Part shown: piece after piece, positions 39,238 to 49,852 of the stretch
Layout: each line of letters starts with the position of its first letter
Position numbering within the stretch: the stretch's first letter is position 1
Virus record (IMG/VR): IMGVR_UViG_3300044633_000521
Reading direction: 5' to 3' (one strand)
DNA from: a virus
Length of the DNA: 64,000 nt
Program-made: the position numbers and the translations under genes
Notes under the pieces: model-generated
What the model was told of the DNA's origin: nothing
Databases searched by the model: none
Seen by the model: the letters and a program-made list of their open reading frames with translations, nothing else

Positions 39238-41208
39238 TTAATCACCTTGATCTGGATATCTAACCATATCCAACGTTTGTATAAATTTGCCGGCTTCAAA
39301 TGTACTATCAACAGCTATTACATGATATAATCCAGTATATCCGTCAGAGTTAAATCTGTCATCATACTTAATCTCGCCCGTTTCGTCATCCATGTCTGCC
39401 GGAGTTCTAAAGGTCAAGTCAACTAGTACTTCTTTAGTATCAGTTATAAGCGACCCGTTTTCAGTAACTACTCTAGATTCTCTAGCGACCCAGCCCGCGT
39501 TATCCGAAACTACGCTATAAAAAATATCATCTTGTTTAATGTACTCAGGATCACCTATGATTTTCATCCTAACACGAATCATGTCAGCGACACTTTGTGA
39601 AGCTAGGCTAGCAGCTAGATCAGCGGCAGTAATATCTGCTGCGGATTTCGCTCCGCCCGTAGCTACCTGGCGTTGGTCTGGCAATCTGTAATGAAATGTT
39701 TTTGGAGTCAATGTCCGTTGTCTAGTATTATTAGGGTCAACTACTTCACAACTCGATCCAGTATCGTAGTAACTGTCTACACCCGATAACGACATTTCGG
39801 TTGTTTTATAAGCTGTTTTAGCAGTGTAATATGCAGCATTAAATTCTAAATCTAATTCGATGATATCATCATTTTCACCAGTGTAGATATAATTATAATA
39901 TTTTACCGCATACTTTCTATCTGCTTTGCCCTGAGGTGCTTCTATCATGCGAACATTACTCACTTCGTACGGTAGTATGCTATAGGTAATTAATTTAGCA
40001 AAGGTATTTGTAGATTCATCGTAGTTCAATAACTTAATCTGTGGGATAATTTTAAACCAATTAAGAGGTTTATCTTTATTCGCTTCTAGTTTGGCTTGAT
40101 ATGTTGCTTGGTTAACTTCACCGTCGGGTATAGCTAATTGGCTACGCACATACTCACTATTTCTTATAATCATTGCTATAACATTATCTATAGGAGTAGC
40201 ATAGCTGATAGGCAATATACGTTGATTAAAATTTAATACACTTGTTTTGCCGCCTTGGCGCAGAATAGGAGCCGACGCTACATCTGCCATCGGTACAGTT
40301 TTTGGGCTGTTATCGTCTGCTGCAGCAAAAATAACACTTTCTCCAATGGTTTGATCAAAGGCAAAGTCGTATCGATTGGCATATTTAACTTTGTTAGTTC
40401 TTTCTAGTTGTATCATATAGGCATTTAAAGCATCTGCGTACGACTTTGCTTTATAAAGCTCTTCTTTATAGTTTGATATTAATATACTTGGTATAATAGT
40501 GCCGTCACCTCTGGTGACCGACGGAGGTTGTGTTATTTGTACAGTTTCACTTGATGCTTTGAAAAATCCTGCTACAGTACCAGCAGTAATCTCCATTGCC
40601 ACAGGAGTACTAACTAATGTTTCATCAAACGCCTGATGATTAAATGGAATTGCTGTTACGTGATATTCTGACCCTCTACTAGATAATTTTGTATTAATCT
40701 GTAATATTCTAATAGGTATACGTTTAGTAATGTTAGGGATTGGTGCTATTAAATTTCCATCATCGTCGGAACCAAAAAAGTCAATCTGTAACAGGTATGG
40801 GTTAGCTAAGTAATTCCAAGGTTGTCCTATATCATCTGACGCGGCCAGCAATCGGTTTAACAAAGTAAGACCGTACGGTTCTATTAGATTAAATTTAATA
40901 TCAACAGTATTAGTACTTCGATTTGCTTCACCCAATCCTATAAAAGATTTAATATCTAAACTTTGAAAATAAAAGTCTTCTCCAAAATATGTATTACGAT
41001 TAAAGGCACTAGCGCCAGATTGTTCGTTCCAACGGCCAGCACTGGATATTAGAACATTTGTGGGTGTGTACTCGTTGCCGTCTACTATACCATTATAGTC
41101 GTCAACACTTAATAAGTGTAAACTAAGACTATACGTATAACTCGGATACTCGTGTAAGGGGTTAGGGCGATTATAAGGAGCAGTGACCTCTTCAGCATTT
41201 ATTGCCAT
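39238..41208 (-). CDS. Putative baseplate hub protein (gp27-like position)
   Basis: NPLHEYPSYTY N-terminus; MKIIGDP...GLYHVIAVDSTFEAGKFIQTLDMVR C-terminus typical of contractile-tail hub proteins. Confidence 0.6.
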   Translation of the reverse strand: MAINAEEVTAPYNRPNPLHEYPSYTYSLSLHLLSVDDYNGIVDGNEYTPTNVLISSAGRWNEQSGASAFNRNTYFGEDFYFQSLDIKSFIGLGEANRSTNTVDIKFNLIEPYGLTLLNRLLAASDDIGQPWNYLANPYLLQIDFFGSDDDGNLIAPIPNITKRIPIRILQINTKLSSRGSEYHVTAIPFNHQAFDETLVSTPVAMEITAGTVAGFFKASSETVQITQPPSVTRGDGTIIPSILISNYKEELYKAKSYADALNAYMIQLERTNKVKYANRYDFAFDQTIGESVIFAAADDNSPKTVPMADVASAPILRQGGKTSVLNFNQRILPISYATPIDNVIAMIIRNSEYVRSQLAIPDGEVNQATYQAKLEANKDKPLNWFKIIPQIKLLNYDESTNTFAKLITYSILPYEVSNVRMIEAPQGKADRKYAVKYYNYIYTGENDDIIELDLEFNAAYYTAKTAYKTTEMSLSGVDSYYDTGSSCEVVDPNNTRQRTLTPKTFHYRLPDQRQVATGGAKSAADITAADLAASLASQSVADMIRVRMKIIGDPEYIKQDDIFYSVVSDNAGWVARESRVVTENGSLITDTKEVLVDLTFRTPADMDDETGEIKYDDRFNSDGYTGLYHVIAVDSTFEAGKFIQTLDMVRYPDQGD

Positions 41209-41211
41209 CGA

Positions 41212-41520
41212 TTATAATCCTAATGTTGATACAATAGTTGCTTTTTTAGGCACATAAATTATATTGCCTGGCACAAAATCAAAGATAGGATCTTGTAGCT
41301 CATCAGGATTGCGAGCTGCAAATACCCACCATAGGCTAGCACTACCGTATATGTCATGTGCTAATAGATCTGGGCGATGCTCGTATACAGCATCAATTTC
41401 GTAATGTGTGTCGCTATCATTCTTAGGAATAACTCGATCTACCATTACATCTAAGAATGAACCAAATGTTTTCGTAGTATAATACGGACTACTTTTACTA
41501 TATGAAATTTTTGATGCCAT
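41212..41520 (-). CDS. gp53: Baseplate wedge protein, LysM-like (gp53-like)
   Basis: RPDLLAHDIYGSASLWWVFAARN...IYVP. Confidence 0.75.
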   Translation of the reverse strand: MASKISYSKSSPYYTTKTFGSFLDVMVDRVIPKNDSDTHYEIDAVYEHRPDLLAHDIYGSASLWWVFAARNPDELQDPIFDFVPGNIIYVPKKATIVSTLGL

Positions 41521-42341
41521 TATAAGAAACTCCCATTCCCTTTAAGCAGCTTACCTGCAGCAAAATCATCGAGATTAAATTTATCATGTAGTGTTTTGCG
41601 GCTGTAGACTGGACGTAGCGTAATACTTATACTACTAGATGTTGGTAATCTTGTTTTTGTGCTGGTAGTTTCATAATCATTTCCATCTACTGTAGATGAT
41701 ACAGATACATCAACATAGTCAGTATCACTAGGTAAGTTATGTGAAAATGCTGTTAACACGCAAGGTACATGAGGGAAATAATGTTCACCGTAACCATCTA
41801 AGTATACCATCGGCGGCGGGTTTCCTGATGCTTGTCCTGATTGGCCGTCTACTCCAAAAAACATCTTAGTACATGCTCTAAAGAAATATATAGCACCAAG
41901 TAAATACTGACCTTCTGTTGCGTCTTGGACTGTAAAGTCGCCAGTAATTTGTATGTCATTAACTTCACTGCTTTGATAAAACTGCATAGCATAGTTGCTG
42001 TGCGTTAGTGTTTGGCTATTATATGTTGCTGAGTGTGTTACACTAATACTTGGAGTGTACGGAAAAATAACACCGTTAGTTTCAACTAGCGGCTGCATAA
42101 CATGTGCCATAGTATTTTTATAAAATAATGTGCTCGAGTCCGACAAGCTGATACGAACACGCCAATCGTCTTCGGGTGCTGTTGGTGATGTTGAGTCTGA
42201 CATAAATCTTACAGCATTTCTGTTTAGATTAGTCGCCCCGCCACCAAGACCCAATCCAGAAAAATATCTACGTATGTCAGACGAGTTATATCCCGGACCA
42301 TTTGGATTTAGTATGTTCGATATTGCTGGAATGACTGCCAT
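41520..42341 (-). CDS. Baseplate/tail-tube initiator-like protein (gp48/gp54-like)
   Basis: VIFPYTPSI...THSNY...GNPPPMVYLDGYG...VPCVL; first gene of the baseplate operon. Confidence 0.55.
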   Translation of the reverse strand: MAVIPAISNILNPNGPGYNSSDIRRYFSGLGLGGGATNLNRNAVRFMSDSTSPTAPEDDWRVRISLSDSSTLFYKNTMAHVMQPLVETNGVIFPYTPSISVTHSATYNSQTLTHSNYAMQFYQSSEVNDIQITGDFTVQDATEGQYLLGAIYFFRACTKMFFGVDGQSGQASGNPPPMVYLDGYGEHYFPHVPCVLTAFSHNLPSDTDYVDVSVSSTVDGNDYETTSTKTRLPTSSSISITLRPVYSRKTLHDKFNLDDFAAGKLLKGNGSFL

Positions 42342-42370
42342 GTTTTTTTCCTTTTTCTCTTGCTATAGTA

Positions 42371-42378
42371 TATTTATA
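42371..42378 (-). promoter_or_regulatory. T4-type late promoter TATAAATA
   Basis: Exact T4 late consensus upstream of the baseplate operon. Related NNTAAATA motifs precede other late genes: minus 14970-77, 17022-29, 33238-45, 36648-55, 37062-69, 52140-47; plus 49825-32, 50034-41, 52115-22, 54499-506, 56258-65, 56552-59, 60920-27, 62028-35, 63366-73. Confidence 0.8.
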
Positions 42379-42414
42379 GACTATATAATAGTAGTAGTTA
42401 AAAGGAATCCAAGG

Positions 42415-43296
42415 GTGAAAAAACACAATTATCTAAACAATAAAGATATACTAAAAGAAATACACAAAAGCAAATTAAATTACTGTAGTTTTATAGATCC
42501 AAGTGTTACCAGTTACGACACTATCGTTACTAATGTTTCGTCAATTACTAAGAAAAATGTCGCAGAAGCTCGTAAATTGCGTGCTGAGCGCCTAGCCAAA
42601 GAGGCTCAGGAAGCTGAGTTGCTAGCAGGCAACAAACGCAAGCTAGACGAGTTTGCGATTCCTGTAGAAAATATTCCTGTTACTGATGTGGTGTTTCGTG
42701 TTATGACCTGGGAGCATATTCCGATTGACGAAGCAAAGCAACGCAAAGCTGATGCTAAACTAGCGGAAGAATTAGAAGATGACGACGTGTTCGAAACCGA
42801 ATACGACGAGCTGGCTGTCGCAGTCAAAGCACCCGCTAAGTATGTTAAGGTGAATTTCCCTCCATTCCTGCACTACCGAGTCACTGAGGAGTTTGAACCA
42901 GTTGTAGTCGGTAAAAGTCATTGGACTAACGGACTTAATCCGGGCGAGTTCAGCAAAGATCACGGACAAATGACTCCTAAGCTAGCACACATGTTTGTTA
43001 AACTATGTGAACGCTATGCTACTAGATCAAACTGGCGTGGCTATACCTACAATGATGAAATGCGCAGTCAGGCATTGTTACAGTTAAGTCAAATTGGCCT
43101 ACAGTTTGACGAAGCTAAAAGTCAAAATCCATTTGCCTATTACACAGCGGCAATTACCAATAGCTTTACACGTGTCCTAAACATTGAAAAGCGTAATCAA
43201 AATATCCGTGATGATATTTTAGAAATGAACAACTACACACCGTCATACACTCGTCAGGGTGATTGGGGTGGCGGTGGTTGGGGTGCTGATGAATAA
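42415..43296 (+). CDS. gp55: Late-transcription sigma factor (T4 gp55-like)
   Basis: HNYLNNKD...NWRGYTYNDEMRSQALLQ...FDEAKSQNPFAYYTAAITNSF. True start is probably GTG 42415 (SD AAGGA 42402-406; TATAAT 42384-389); the track start 42130 overlaps the opposite gene. Confidence 0.9.
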   Translation: MKKHNYLNNKDILKEIHKSKLNYCSFIDPSVTSYDTIVTNVSSITKKNVAEARKLRAERLAKEAQEAELLAGNKRKLDEFAIPVENIPVTDVVFRVMTWEHIPIDEAKQRKADAKLAEELEDDDVFETEYDELAVAVKAPAKYVKVNFPPFLHYRVTEEFEPVVVGKSHWTNGLNPGEFSKDHGQMTPKLAHMFVKLCERYATRSNWRGYTYNDEMRSQALLQLSQIGLQFDEAKSQNPFAYYTAAITNSFTRVLNIEKRNQNIRDDILEMNNYTPSYTRQGDWGGGGWGADE

Positions 43297-44800
43297 ATTT
43301 GATTTTTTAAATCAATATACAGTATTATGCGAGTACGACTTAGACCAGCTGTACTCGCAACCTAGCTCTTTTTTATATCGGTTTTTAAAGCCAATCAAAA
43401 AAGATATTTTTTTGCCTGCAGAAAGACTAGTATTTTATACGTTCTCAAAAACAGATACAGCTCTTTTAGAGCACCTGTATCAAACATTGCTACGCATCGA
43501 TATCCCAGATTTTTTTATTATAATTGTTTCAAATCAGCAAACCACTGTTGAATATCTAAATAATAAATTAAATGTTATTTTAGTAGAGCATGCTGAAACT
43601 GTTATTCCTTATAAAAAACCGTTGTTCAATTTAAATAACCAATTTTGTGCCCATGCTTGGGTGGGCATACATATTTTTCCCGATGGTACAGCAGGACCAT
43701 GCTGCGATATTAGCAGTAAAATAACTGACTCTGGGGAATTTCTCAATATCAAAGATCATTCGGTAACTGAACTACTAGGCAGTGATTGGATGGCAAACTT
43801 AAGACAACAATTTAGAGATGGGCAAAAGCCAACAGCGTGTGACACTTGTTGGAACAGAGAAGATTCAGGCTTAGAAAGTAGACGAACACTATCAGAGTAT
43901 AAGTTAAAAAATGTGTATGATTTAATAGATTGGGAAAATGAAGGTCAGCTATTATATTTTGGTGGGGGTACCGGAAATATATGTAATCTAAGATGTAGAA
44001 TTTGTAGCGGAGAATTTAGTTCTTCTATTGCGTCTGAAGAATTACAGCAATTACCACTCAGTGATAGAAAAGGGTCGCCATATCATACTCTAATAGAATC
44101 CGGTAAATGGGCAATGGATCCTAAATTTTGGGATCAACTTAAGCAACATTCCGTTACTATCAAAAATTTTGAACTGTTAGGTGGTGAGCCGTTACTACTA
44201 AAACAAAATATAGAATTCTTAAATTTTTTAGTAACTTCTAAATTAAGTCAACAAACTATTTTGTACATTACTACCAATGGCACTGATATATCTGGTATTA
44301 TACCGTTTGCTGATAAATTTGAAAGATTAGAAATAACAGTTAGTGTTGATAATATCAATGAAAAATTTGAACTAGAGCGGTATGGGGCAAAGTGGGATAA
44401 TGTTGCTAATAATATACAACAACTAATTAGTTTGCCCACAGTTAAAATTGGTATTTCTACAGTAGTAAGTATACAAAATGTATATTATATTCCCGAGTTT
44501 TTAGATTGGATTAATTCGATTAATGTCGACAGCACCTACTTCTATTATATAAGCGATCCCAAATATCAATCTATCAGCAAGTTAACACCTAATGCTAAAA
44601 AATTAGTGTTAGGTAAACTAACAGCAATACATAATCACAAGCATCAGGCACACATCAATGATATAGTTGAGATAATTAATGTTTCATTAGGGTCTGACGG
44701 GCAAGAATTTGTTAACCAAATGAAGAGATTAGACCAAATTAGAAATCAAGATTTCTCTAAGACACACCCCGAGATAGCCAAAGCTATGGGTTATGAGTAG
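43289..44800 (+). CDS. Radical SAM protein with N-terminal extension and Twitch/SPASM-like Cys motif
   Basis: CAHAW..GPCC..CDTCW then CNLRCRIC, LLGGEP, TTNG. Start ATG 43289 overlaps the end of gp55. Confidence 0.88.
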   Translation: MNKFDFLNQYTVLCEYDLDQLYSQPSSFLYRFLKPIKKDIFLPAERLVFYTFSKTDTALLEHLYQTLLRIDIPDFFIIIVSNQQTTVEYLNNKLNVILVEHAETVIPYKKPLFNLNNQFCAHAWVGIHIFPDGTAGPCCDISSKITDSGEFLNIKDHSVTELLGSDWMANLRQQFRDGQKPTACDTCWNREDSGLESRRTLSEYKLKNVYDLIDWENEGQLLYFGGGTGNICNLRCRICSGEFSSSIASEELQQLPLSDRKGSPYHTLIESGKWAMDPKFWDQLKQHSVTIKNFELLGGEPLLLKQNIEFLNFLVTSKLSQQTILYITTNGTDISGIIPFADKFERLEITVSVDNINEKFELERYGAKWDNVANNIQQLISLPTVKIGISTVVSIQNVYYIPEFLDWINSINVDSTYFYYISDPKYQSISKLTPNAKKLVLGKLTAIHNHKHQAHINDIVEIINVSLGSDGQEFVNQMKRLDQIRNQDFSKTHPEIAKAMGYE

Positions 44801-44826
44801 ACTTTACTTTTATAGAGTGTTATACT
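44798..44826 (+). promoter_or_regulatory. Sigma70-like promoter for gp47
   Basis: TAGACT, 17 nt, TATACT; ATG 7 nt downstream. Confidence 0.65.
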
Positions 44827-44833
44827 AATTACT

Positions 44834-45850
44834 ATGGCAAACTTATTTAAAAAAGCAGCAGTGCTTACTGATATCCATTTCGGCTTAAAGTCTAACAGTC
44901 AGCTACACAATGATGATTGTTTAAACTTTGTTAAATGGTTTATAACCAAGGCAAAAGAAGAAGGGTGCGACGTTTGCTTTATGCTAGGTGATTGGCATAA
45001 TAATCGAGCGGCTATCAACATTGTTACCTTAAACTATAGCCTAACAGCATTAGAGTTGTTGGGCAAAGCCTTTGACCGTGTTATCTTTATTCCAGGTAAT
45101 CATGATTTATATTATCGTGACAAGCGTGATATACAGTCAGCTGAATGGGCTAGACACATTCCTAACATTGAAATCGTAAATGATTTCTATAGTGAAGGTG
45201 ATGTTGCCATTGTGCCGTGGTTAGTAGGCGATGACTATAAAAAGATTCCTAAAATGAATGCCAAGTATATGTTTGGCCATTTTGAATTACCACACTTCTT
45301 TATGAATGCCATGGTACAGATGCCAGAGCATGGTGAATTGCGTAGAGAGCACTTTGGTCATATCGATCATATGTTTAGCGGACACTTCCACAAACGTCAA
45401 ACTAGTAAGAATGTTACTTATATTGGTAATGCGTTTCCACACAACTACGCAGACGCCGGCGATGATGAACGTGGTATGATGATACTTACTTGGGGTGAAG
45501 ATCCAGAGTTCCATGCTTGGCCGGGTCAACCCAAATATCGTGTATACAGTTTAAGTGATGTATTGCGCACGCCAGACACATTATTATTAGCAGACATGCA
45601 CTGTCGCGTTAATATTGATGTTGATATTACCTACGAAGAAGCTACGTTTATTAAAGAAACATTTGTTGGTACATACAATCTACGTGAGCTTACCTTAATT
45701 CCTGTTAAAAACATGGACATCGGGCAAGACATACAATTAGGTAACATTGCTTTTGAAAGTATTGATACTATTGTTACTAACCAATTGACTAATATTAATA
45801 GCGATCACTATGATCCGAATTTACTTTTAGACATTTATCGCCACTTATAA
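44834..45850 (+). CDS. gp47: Mre11/SbcD-like recombination nuclease (gp47)
   Basis: Metallophosphoesterase motifs DIHFG, GDWH, GNHD, GHF, SGHFH. Confidence 0.93.
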   Translation: MANLFKKAAVLTDIHFGLKSNSQLHNDDCLNFVKWFITKAKEEGCDVCFMLGDWHNNRAAINIVTLNYSLTALELLGKAFDRVIFIPGNHDLYYRDKRDIQSAEWARHIPNIEIVNDFYSEGDVAIVPWLVGDDYKKIPKMNAKYMFGHFELPHFFMNAMVQMPEHGELRREHFGHIDHMFSGHFHKRQTSKNVTYIGNAFPHNYADAGDDERGMMILTWGEDPEFHAWPGQPKYRVYSLSDVLRTPDTLLLADMHCRVNIDVDITYEEATFIKETFVGTYNLRELTLIPVKNMDIGQDIQLGNIAFESIDTIVTNQLTNINSDHYDPNLLLDIYRHL

Positions 45851-46536
45851 TGCCATTTTTATTTGTTGACTACGATCAAGGGGCAGGCGGAGAATACCTC
45901 AGTTATATTTTAAGTCAAGCACCACAAAGTACCCCCATTAACGGATTTAAAACAAGCACAGGTAGGTATAAGGTTAACGATTGTTTTGAGCAAGAGTTCC
46001 TTAAACCTATTCCTAATCCGCAGATACGACGTGCGCATAATACATTATACGAAATTGTACCAACACATCGGCACGTAGAGCTTGCTAGATCTATGTTAGA
46101 TGATGTTAAAAGTCTACGTATTCAAAATCCCCACGACGAACAGTTGTGGAAATATCTTAAAAATCAACAATTGACTAAGGTGTTACTAGTAAAAGAGCCA
46201 ATCGGTGATATGTTTGTCGGCCAAGTGAAGATTCTTGCTAGAACCGCAAAGAATCCTAATTTTTTAAAAATGATCAATTATCAAATGGACAATCTGTCAT
46301 TGATCCTTACAGCCGAAAACATAGATCCTACTGAGGAAAACAGACAAAAGGCCATTGAGATGCTGTATATTAGAGAACCTGAACCCGCAACTGAGTATAA
46401 TTTAACCATAGCATACGAACAGCTAATACAGGAACCCACGCAGGTTAGAGCAATGATCTTAAATACATTTGGAATAGATGTAGATATTGACCAGCTGTCT
46501 GTGTACAAAACTAACTATGAAAATAGATCGTCTTGA
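45850..46536 (+). CDS. Hypothetical protein, possible P-loop/sulfotransferase-like fold
   Basis: N-terminal FLFVDYDQGAGGEYL glycine loop; C-terminal IAYEQLI. Confidence 0.45.
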   Translation: MPFLFVDYDQGAGGEYLSYILSQAPQSTPINGFKTSTGRYKVNDCFEQEFLKPIPNPQIRRAHNTLYEIVPTHRHVELARSMLDDVKSLRIQNPHDEQLWKYLKNQQLTKVLLVKEPIGDMFVGQVKILARTAKNPNFLKMINYQMDNLSLILTAENIDPTEENRQKAIEMLYIREPEPATEYNLTIAYEQLIQEPTQVRAMILNTFGIDVDIDQLSVYKTNYENRSS

Positions 46537-47341
46537 TTTTATGATTGCGTATGCGTGTAACCTTGCTTGCCGAGGTTGCGTAAGCCTTAGCGACCTTGAC
46601 CGTAAAGGTGTTGCTAGCCTGACTGAAATAGAATCGTGGAGTCAAGAATGGTCTAAGGTTATACATCCTAATATTATTACTTTATTCGGCGGTGAACCAA
46701 CCCTCCATCCTAAACTAATAGATGTTTGTAGAACAATTAAATTCTATTGGCCTGATGCTACTTTACGACTAATTACCAACGGGTATCTATTAGACAACTT
46801 TGCCAGTGATGCTTGGTACGAATTTACACCGTTTGAAGTGCAGGTTAGCGTACATCGTAAAGATCACGAGCACCTAATAAATGCCAATATTAAACAAATA
46901 TTATCACATCACAGAGATTGGCGTATGGCGCAATACGGCGGTAGTGACCACAAACAAATTGAGTGGCATCGCCCTGGATTTAAAATTTACAAAAGTAAAT
47001 TTGGTGAATTTGTAACACCGTATGCTGTTGAAGGCAGTAGTATTAAGGCTGCTAACGGCGATCCGGCTGGCGCACATCGCATCTGTGGTGCGCCCAATAC
47101 CCCTGTGTTATATAAAAATAAGCTATACAAATGCCCAGCTGTAGCCAATGCTATAGATTATACAGGTGAGAATTGGTTTGCTTATCAGGCGTTGTCTAGC
47201 ACAGACGACCTAACACAATTTATCGGCCTGATAGGAAAACCAGAGTCAGTGTGTGCGCAGTGTCCTGATCAAACACAAGCTGTAATTTTTGATCATTTAC
47301 TTAAGGATAACGTCATTGTCAGACAAAAAAGTATTAATTAG
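46517..47341 (+). CDS. Radical SAM protein with C-terminal Cys motif
   Basis: CNLACRGC, LFGGEP, ITNG; C-terminal C...LYKCP...CAQCP. Start ATG 46517. Confidence 0.88.
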   Translation: MKIDRLDFMIAYACNLACRGCVSLSDLDRKGVASLTEIESWSQEWSKVIHPNIITLFGGEPTLHPKLIDVCRTIKFYWPDATLRLITNGYLLDNFASDAWYEFTPFEVQVSVHRKDHEHLINANIKQILSHHRDWRMAQYGGSDHKQIEWHRPGFKIYKSKFGEFVTPYAVEGSSIKAANGDPAGAHRICGAPNTPVLYKNKLYKCPAVANAIDYTGENWFAYQALSSTDDLTQFIGLIGKPESVCAQCPDQTQAVIFDHLLKDNVIVRQKSIN

Positions 47342-47999
47342 TGGTTGCGGTATTACGTGGAGTGATCAAAAGCGTAAGACTTGGGGTAATGTCCTAAAGT
47401 TAACAGGCCTTAAGATTATCGATGTAGGCGGGCCTGCTGTTAGCAACCAATGGATCTTAAATCGAGCAATTAGTTATGTGTTGAACAATCCTGTTGACTA
47501 TGTTGTTATTCAGTTGAGTTCTTTAGGCAAATTAGATGTAGAGGTTAATGCTGTTAGAGAATTAAGTTTGGTTAAATCAGATTCTTTAAGAAATTTTACT
47601 GTAGATGGCATTTGGCCAAGCAGTAATAGCCTAGAACATCCCTCTAAGCAGATGTGGTTTGATTATTTGTATAGTCCCAGACTAGAGTTACAAGACTTAG
47701 AAATAAAACTTAAGTTGCTAAGGTTCTATTGCGATCATAAAAACATTCCACTGTTAGTGCTAAAAGGGTACGACATACCTGTTGATAGTTTTAAAGAATT
47801 AATCTACAACGAACAGAGTTTATACGATCAATATGTTAGCGATGAATTTTATGTTTATCACGATTCAACTGAACAAAACTCTGTACCGTGTTTAGAATTT
47901 CAATTCCGATTAGCTAAACTTATAGAGCAAGCACTGGCACTAGGAGTCGGTGATAAGATTGATAAAATACAAGCGCAATATTGGCAAAATAAACGTTGA
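47316..47999 (+). CDS. SGNH/GDSL-hydrolase-like protein (possibly degenerate)
   Basis: VLISGCGITW...WGNVL...VGGPAVSNQWI resembles SGNH blocks I-II, with Gly in place of the catalytic Ser. Start TTG 47316 with SD AAGGA. Confidence 0.45.
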   Translation: MSDKKVLISGCGITWSDQKRKTWGNVLKLTGLKIIDVGGPAVSNQWILNRAISYVLNNPVDYVVIQLSSLGKLDVEVNAVRELSLVKSDSLRNFTVDGIWPSSNSLEHPSKQMWFDYLYSPRLELQDLEIKLKLLRFYCDHKNIPLLVLKGYDIPVDSFKELIYNEQSLYDQYVSDEFYVYHDSTEQNSVPCLEFQFRLAKLIEQALALGVGDKIDKIQAQYWQNKR

Positions 48000-48024
48000 T
48001 CTATTATTACTAATCCTGTAAACT
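47996..48024 (+). promoter_or_regulatory. Sigma70-like promoter for gp46
   Basis: TTGATC, 17 nt, TAAACT; ATG 7 nt downstream. Confidence 0.6.
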
Positions 48025-48031
48025 TTAAATT

Positions 48032-49804
48032 ATGTTTAAAATAAAATATCTCACAGTTAAAAACTTTATGAGTGTAGGTAATGCTACACAGGCTGTCAAC
48101 TTTGACCGGCAAGACTTAACTTTAGTCTTAGGCGAAAACGTTGACCTAGGTGGCGACGACAGTGGCGCACGTAACGGCACTGGTAAAACTACTATCATTA
48201 ACGCACTGTCGTATGCCTTATACGGTACAGCACTTACCAACATTAAGAAAGATAACTTAATTAATAAAACTAATGCTAAGGGTATGTTAGTTACTATTGA
48301 TTTTGAAGTTAACGGTATTGACTACCGTATTGAGCGTGGACGCAAGTCAAACGTACTTAAATTTTACATCGGTGATCAAGAGCAAGAAGCCAAAGACGAT
48401 AATAGTCAAGGTGATAGCCGTGAGACTCAGCAGGAGATTGAACGCTTACTAGGCATGAGTCACGATATGTTCAAACATATTGTCGCACTTAACACCTATA
48501 CAGAACCATTCCTAAGTCTTAAGGCCAACGACCAACGCACTATTATTGAACAGTTACTTGGTATCACTTTACTAAGTGAAAAGGCTGATTTACTTAAAGA
48601 ACAGGGTAAGGCTACTAAGGAAGCAATTACCCAAGAAGAATACAATATTAAGGCTATAACTGACGCAAATAAGCGTATAGAAGAACAAATTGACAGCCTA
48701 AAACGTCGACAAACTATGTGGACTACTAAGTACGCAGATGATGTAGCAAAACTACAAACTGCCTTAGATGAGTTGCTTAAAATTGATATTGACAGTGAAA
48801 TTCAAGCACATAAAGATCTAACTGCGTATAATCAAAAGCGCAAGGACTTAGGTGACTTAGACAAGGCTATCTTGCGTGCCGATAGTGATTGTGTTCGTGA
48901 ACAAAAATTAGTAGACAAAACGGAAAAAGAAATTGCCGACTTAGAAGCGCATACTTGTTATGCTTGTGGGCAAACATTCCATGATAACAAGCACGAAGAA
49001 GTTTTAGCAGGTAAACGTGCTACTTTAGCAGAAGCACACAAACAGTACATTGAATTATACGGACAGTTACAATTGTTCCAAGCAACTAGAAAAGAGCTAG
49101 GTGAGTTAGGTCAACAGCCTAAGGTGTTCTACGATAAAGAAGAAGATGCTATCCATCATCGTAGTACTGTGGCTAGCTTACAAACACAGCTAGCAGGTAA
49201 GGTTGCCGAAACTGATCCCTACAATGAACAAATTGAAGAAATGAAGACCACAGCTTTAGCTGAAATTGATTACACTGTAATGAATGAGCTGATGCGTGTT
49301 AAAGAACATCAAGAATTCTTATTAAAACTATTAACAAACAAAGATTCGTTTATACGTAAACGTATCATTGACCAGAACTTAAGCTACTTAAACGCACGCT
49401 TAAGTTATTACTTAGATAAGATTGGCTTACCGCATAGTGTTAAGTTCCTAAACGATCTAAGTGTAGAAATTCAAGAGCTAGGGCGCGAGTTAGATTTTGA
49501 TAACTTGAGCCGTGGTGAACGTAATAGACTTATCCTTAGCTTGTCATGGGCATTCCGTGATGTGTGGGAAAGCCTATATCAACCAATTAACTTATTGTTT
49601 ATCGATGAGCTTGTTGATTCGGGTATGGATACGTCGGGTGTTGAAAATGCCCTGGCTATCCTTAAGAAAATGACTAGAGAAAATAACAAATCTATTTGGT
49701 TAGTGTCGCACAAAGATGAACTAGCAGGTCGTGTAAACAATATTTTAACAGTAGTAAAAGAGAATGGGTTTACAACCTATAACAACGATGTAGAAATAAA
49801 ATAA
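48032..49804 (+). CDS. gp46: Rad50/SbcC-like ATPase (gp46)
   Basis: KNFMSVGN, Walker A NGTGKT, zinc hook CYACG, signature LSRGE, Walker B LFIDE, H-loop VSH. Confidence 0.95.
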   Translation: MFKIKYLTVKNFMSVGNATQAVNFDRQDLTLVLGENVDLGGDDSGARNGTGKTTIINALSYALYGTALTNIKKDNLINKTNAKGMLVTIDFEVNGIDYRIERGRKSNVLKFYIGDQEQEAKDDNSQGDSRETQQEIERLLGMSHDMFKHIVALNTYTEPFLSLKANDQRTIIEQLLGITLLSEKADLLKEQGKATKEAITQEEYNIKAITDANKRIEEQIDSLKRRQTMWTTKYADDVAKLQTALDELLKIDIDSEIQAHKDLTAYNQKRKDLGDLDKAILRADSDCVREQKLVDKTEKEIADLEAHTCYACGQTFHDNKHEEVLAGKRATLAEAHKQYIELYGQLQLFQATRKELGELGQQPKVFYDKEEDAIHHRSTVASLQTQLAGKVAETDPYNEQIEEMKTTALAEIDYTVMNELMRVKEHQEFLLKLLTNKDSFIRKRIIDQNLSYLNARLSYYLDKIGLPHSVKFLNDLSVEIQELGRELDFDNLSRGERNRLILSLSWAFRDVWESLYQPINLLFIDELVDSGMDTSGVENALAILKKMTRENNKSIWLVSHKDELAGRVNNILTVVKENGFTTYNNDVEIK

Positions 49805-49852
49805 TTCAACCACCACTACAGGTGGTTAAATAACAGACAACAGGAGACAATT

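Noticed and set aside
42130-42414. N-terminal 95 aa of the 388-aa track ORF
   Set aside because: It overlaps the opposite-strand gene and the promoter region; gp55 similarity, SD and promoter point to GTG 42415.
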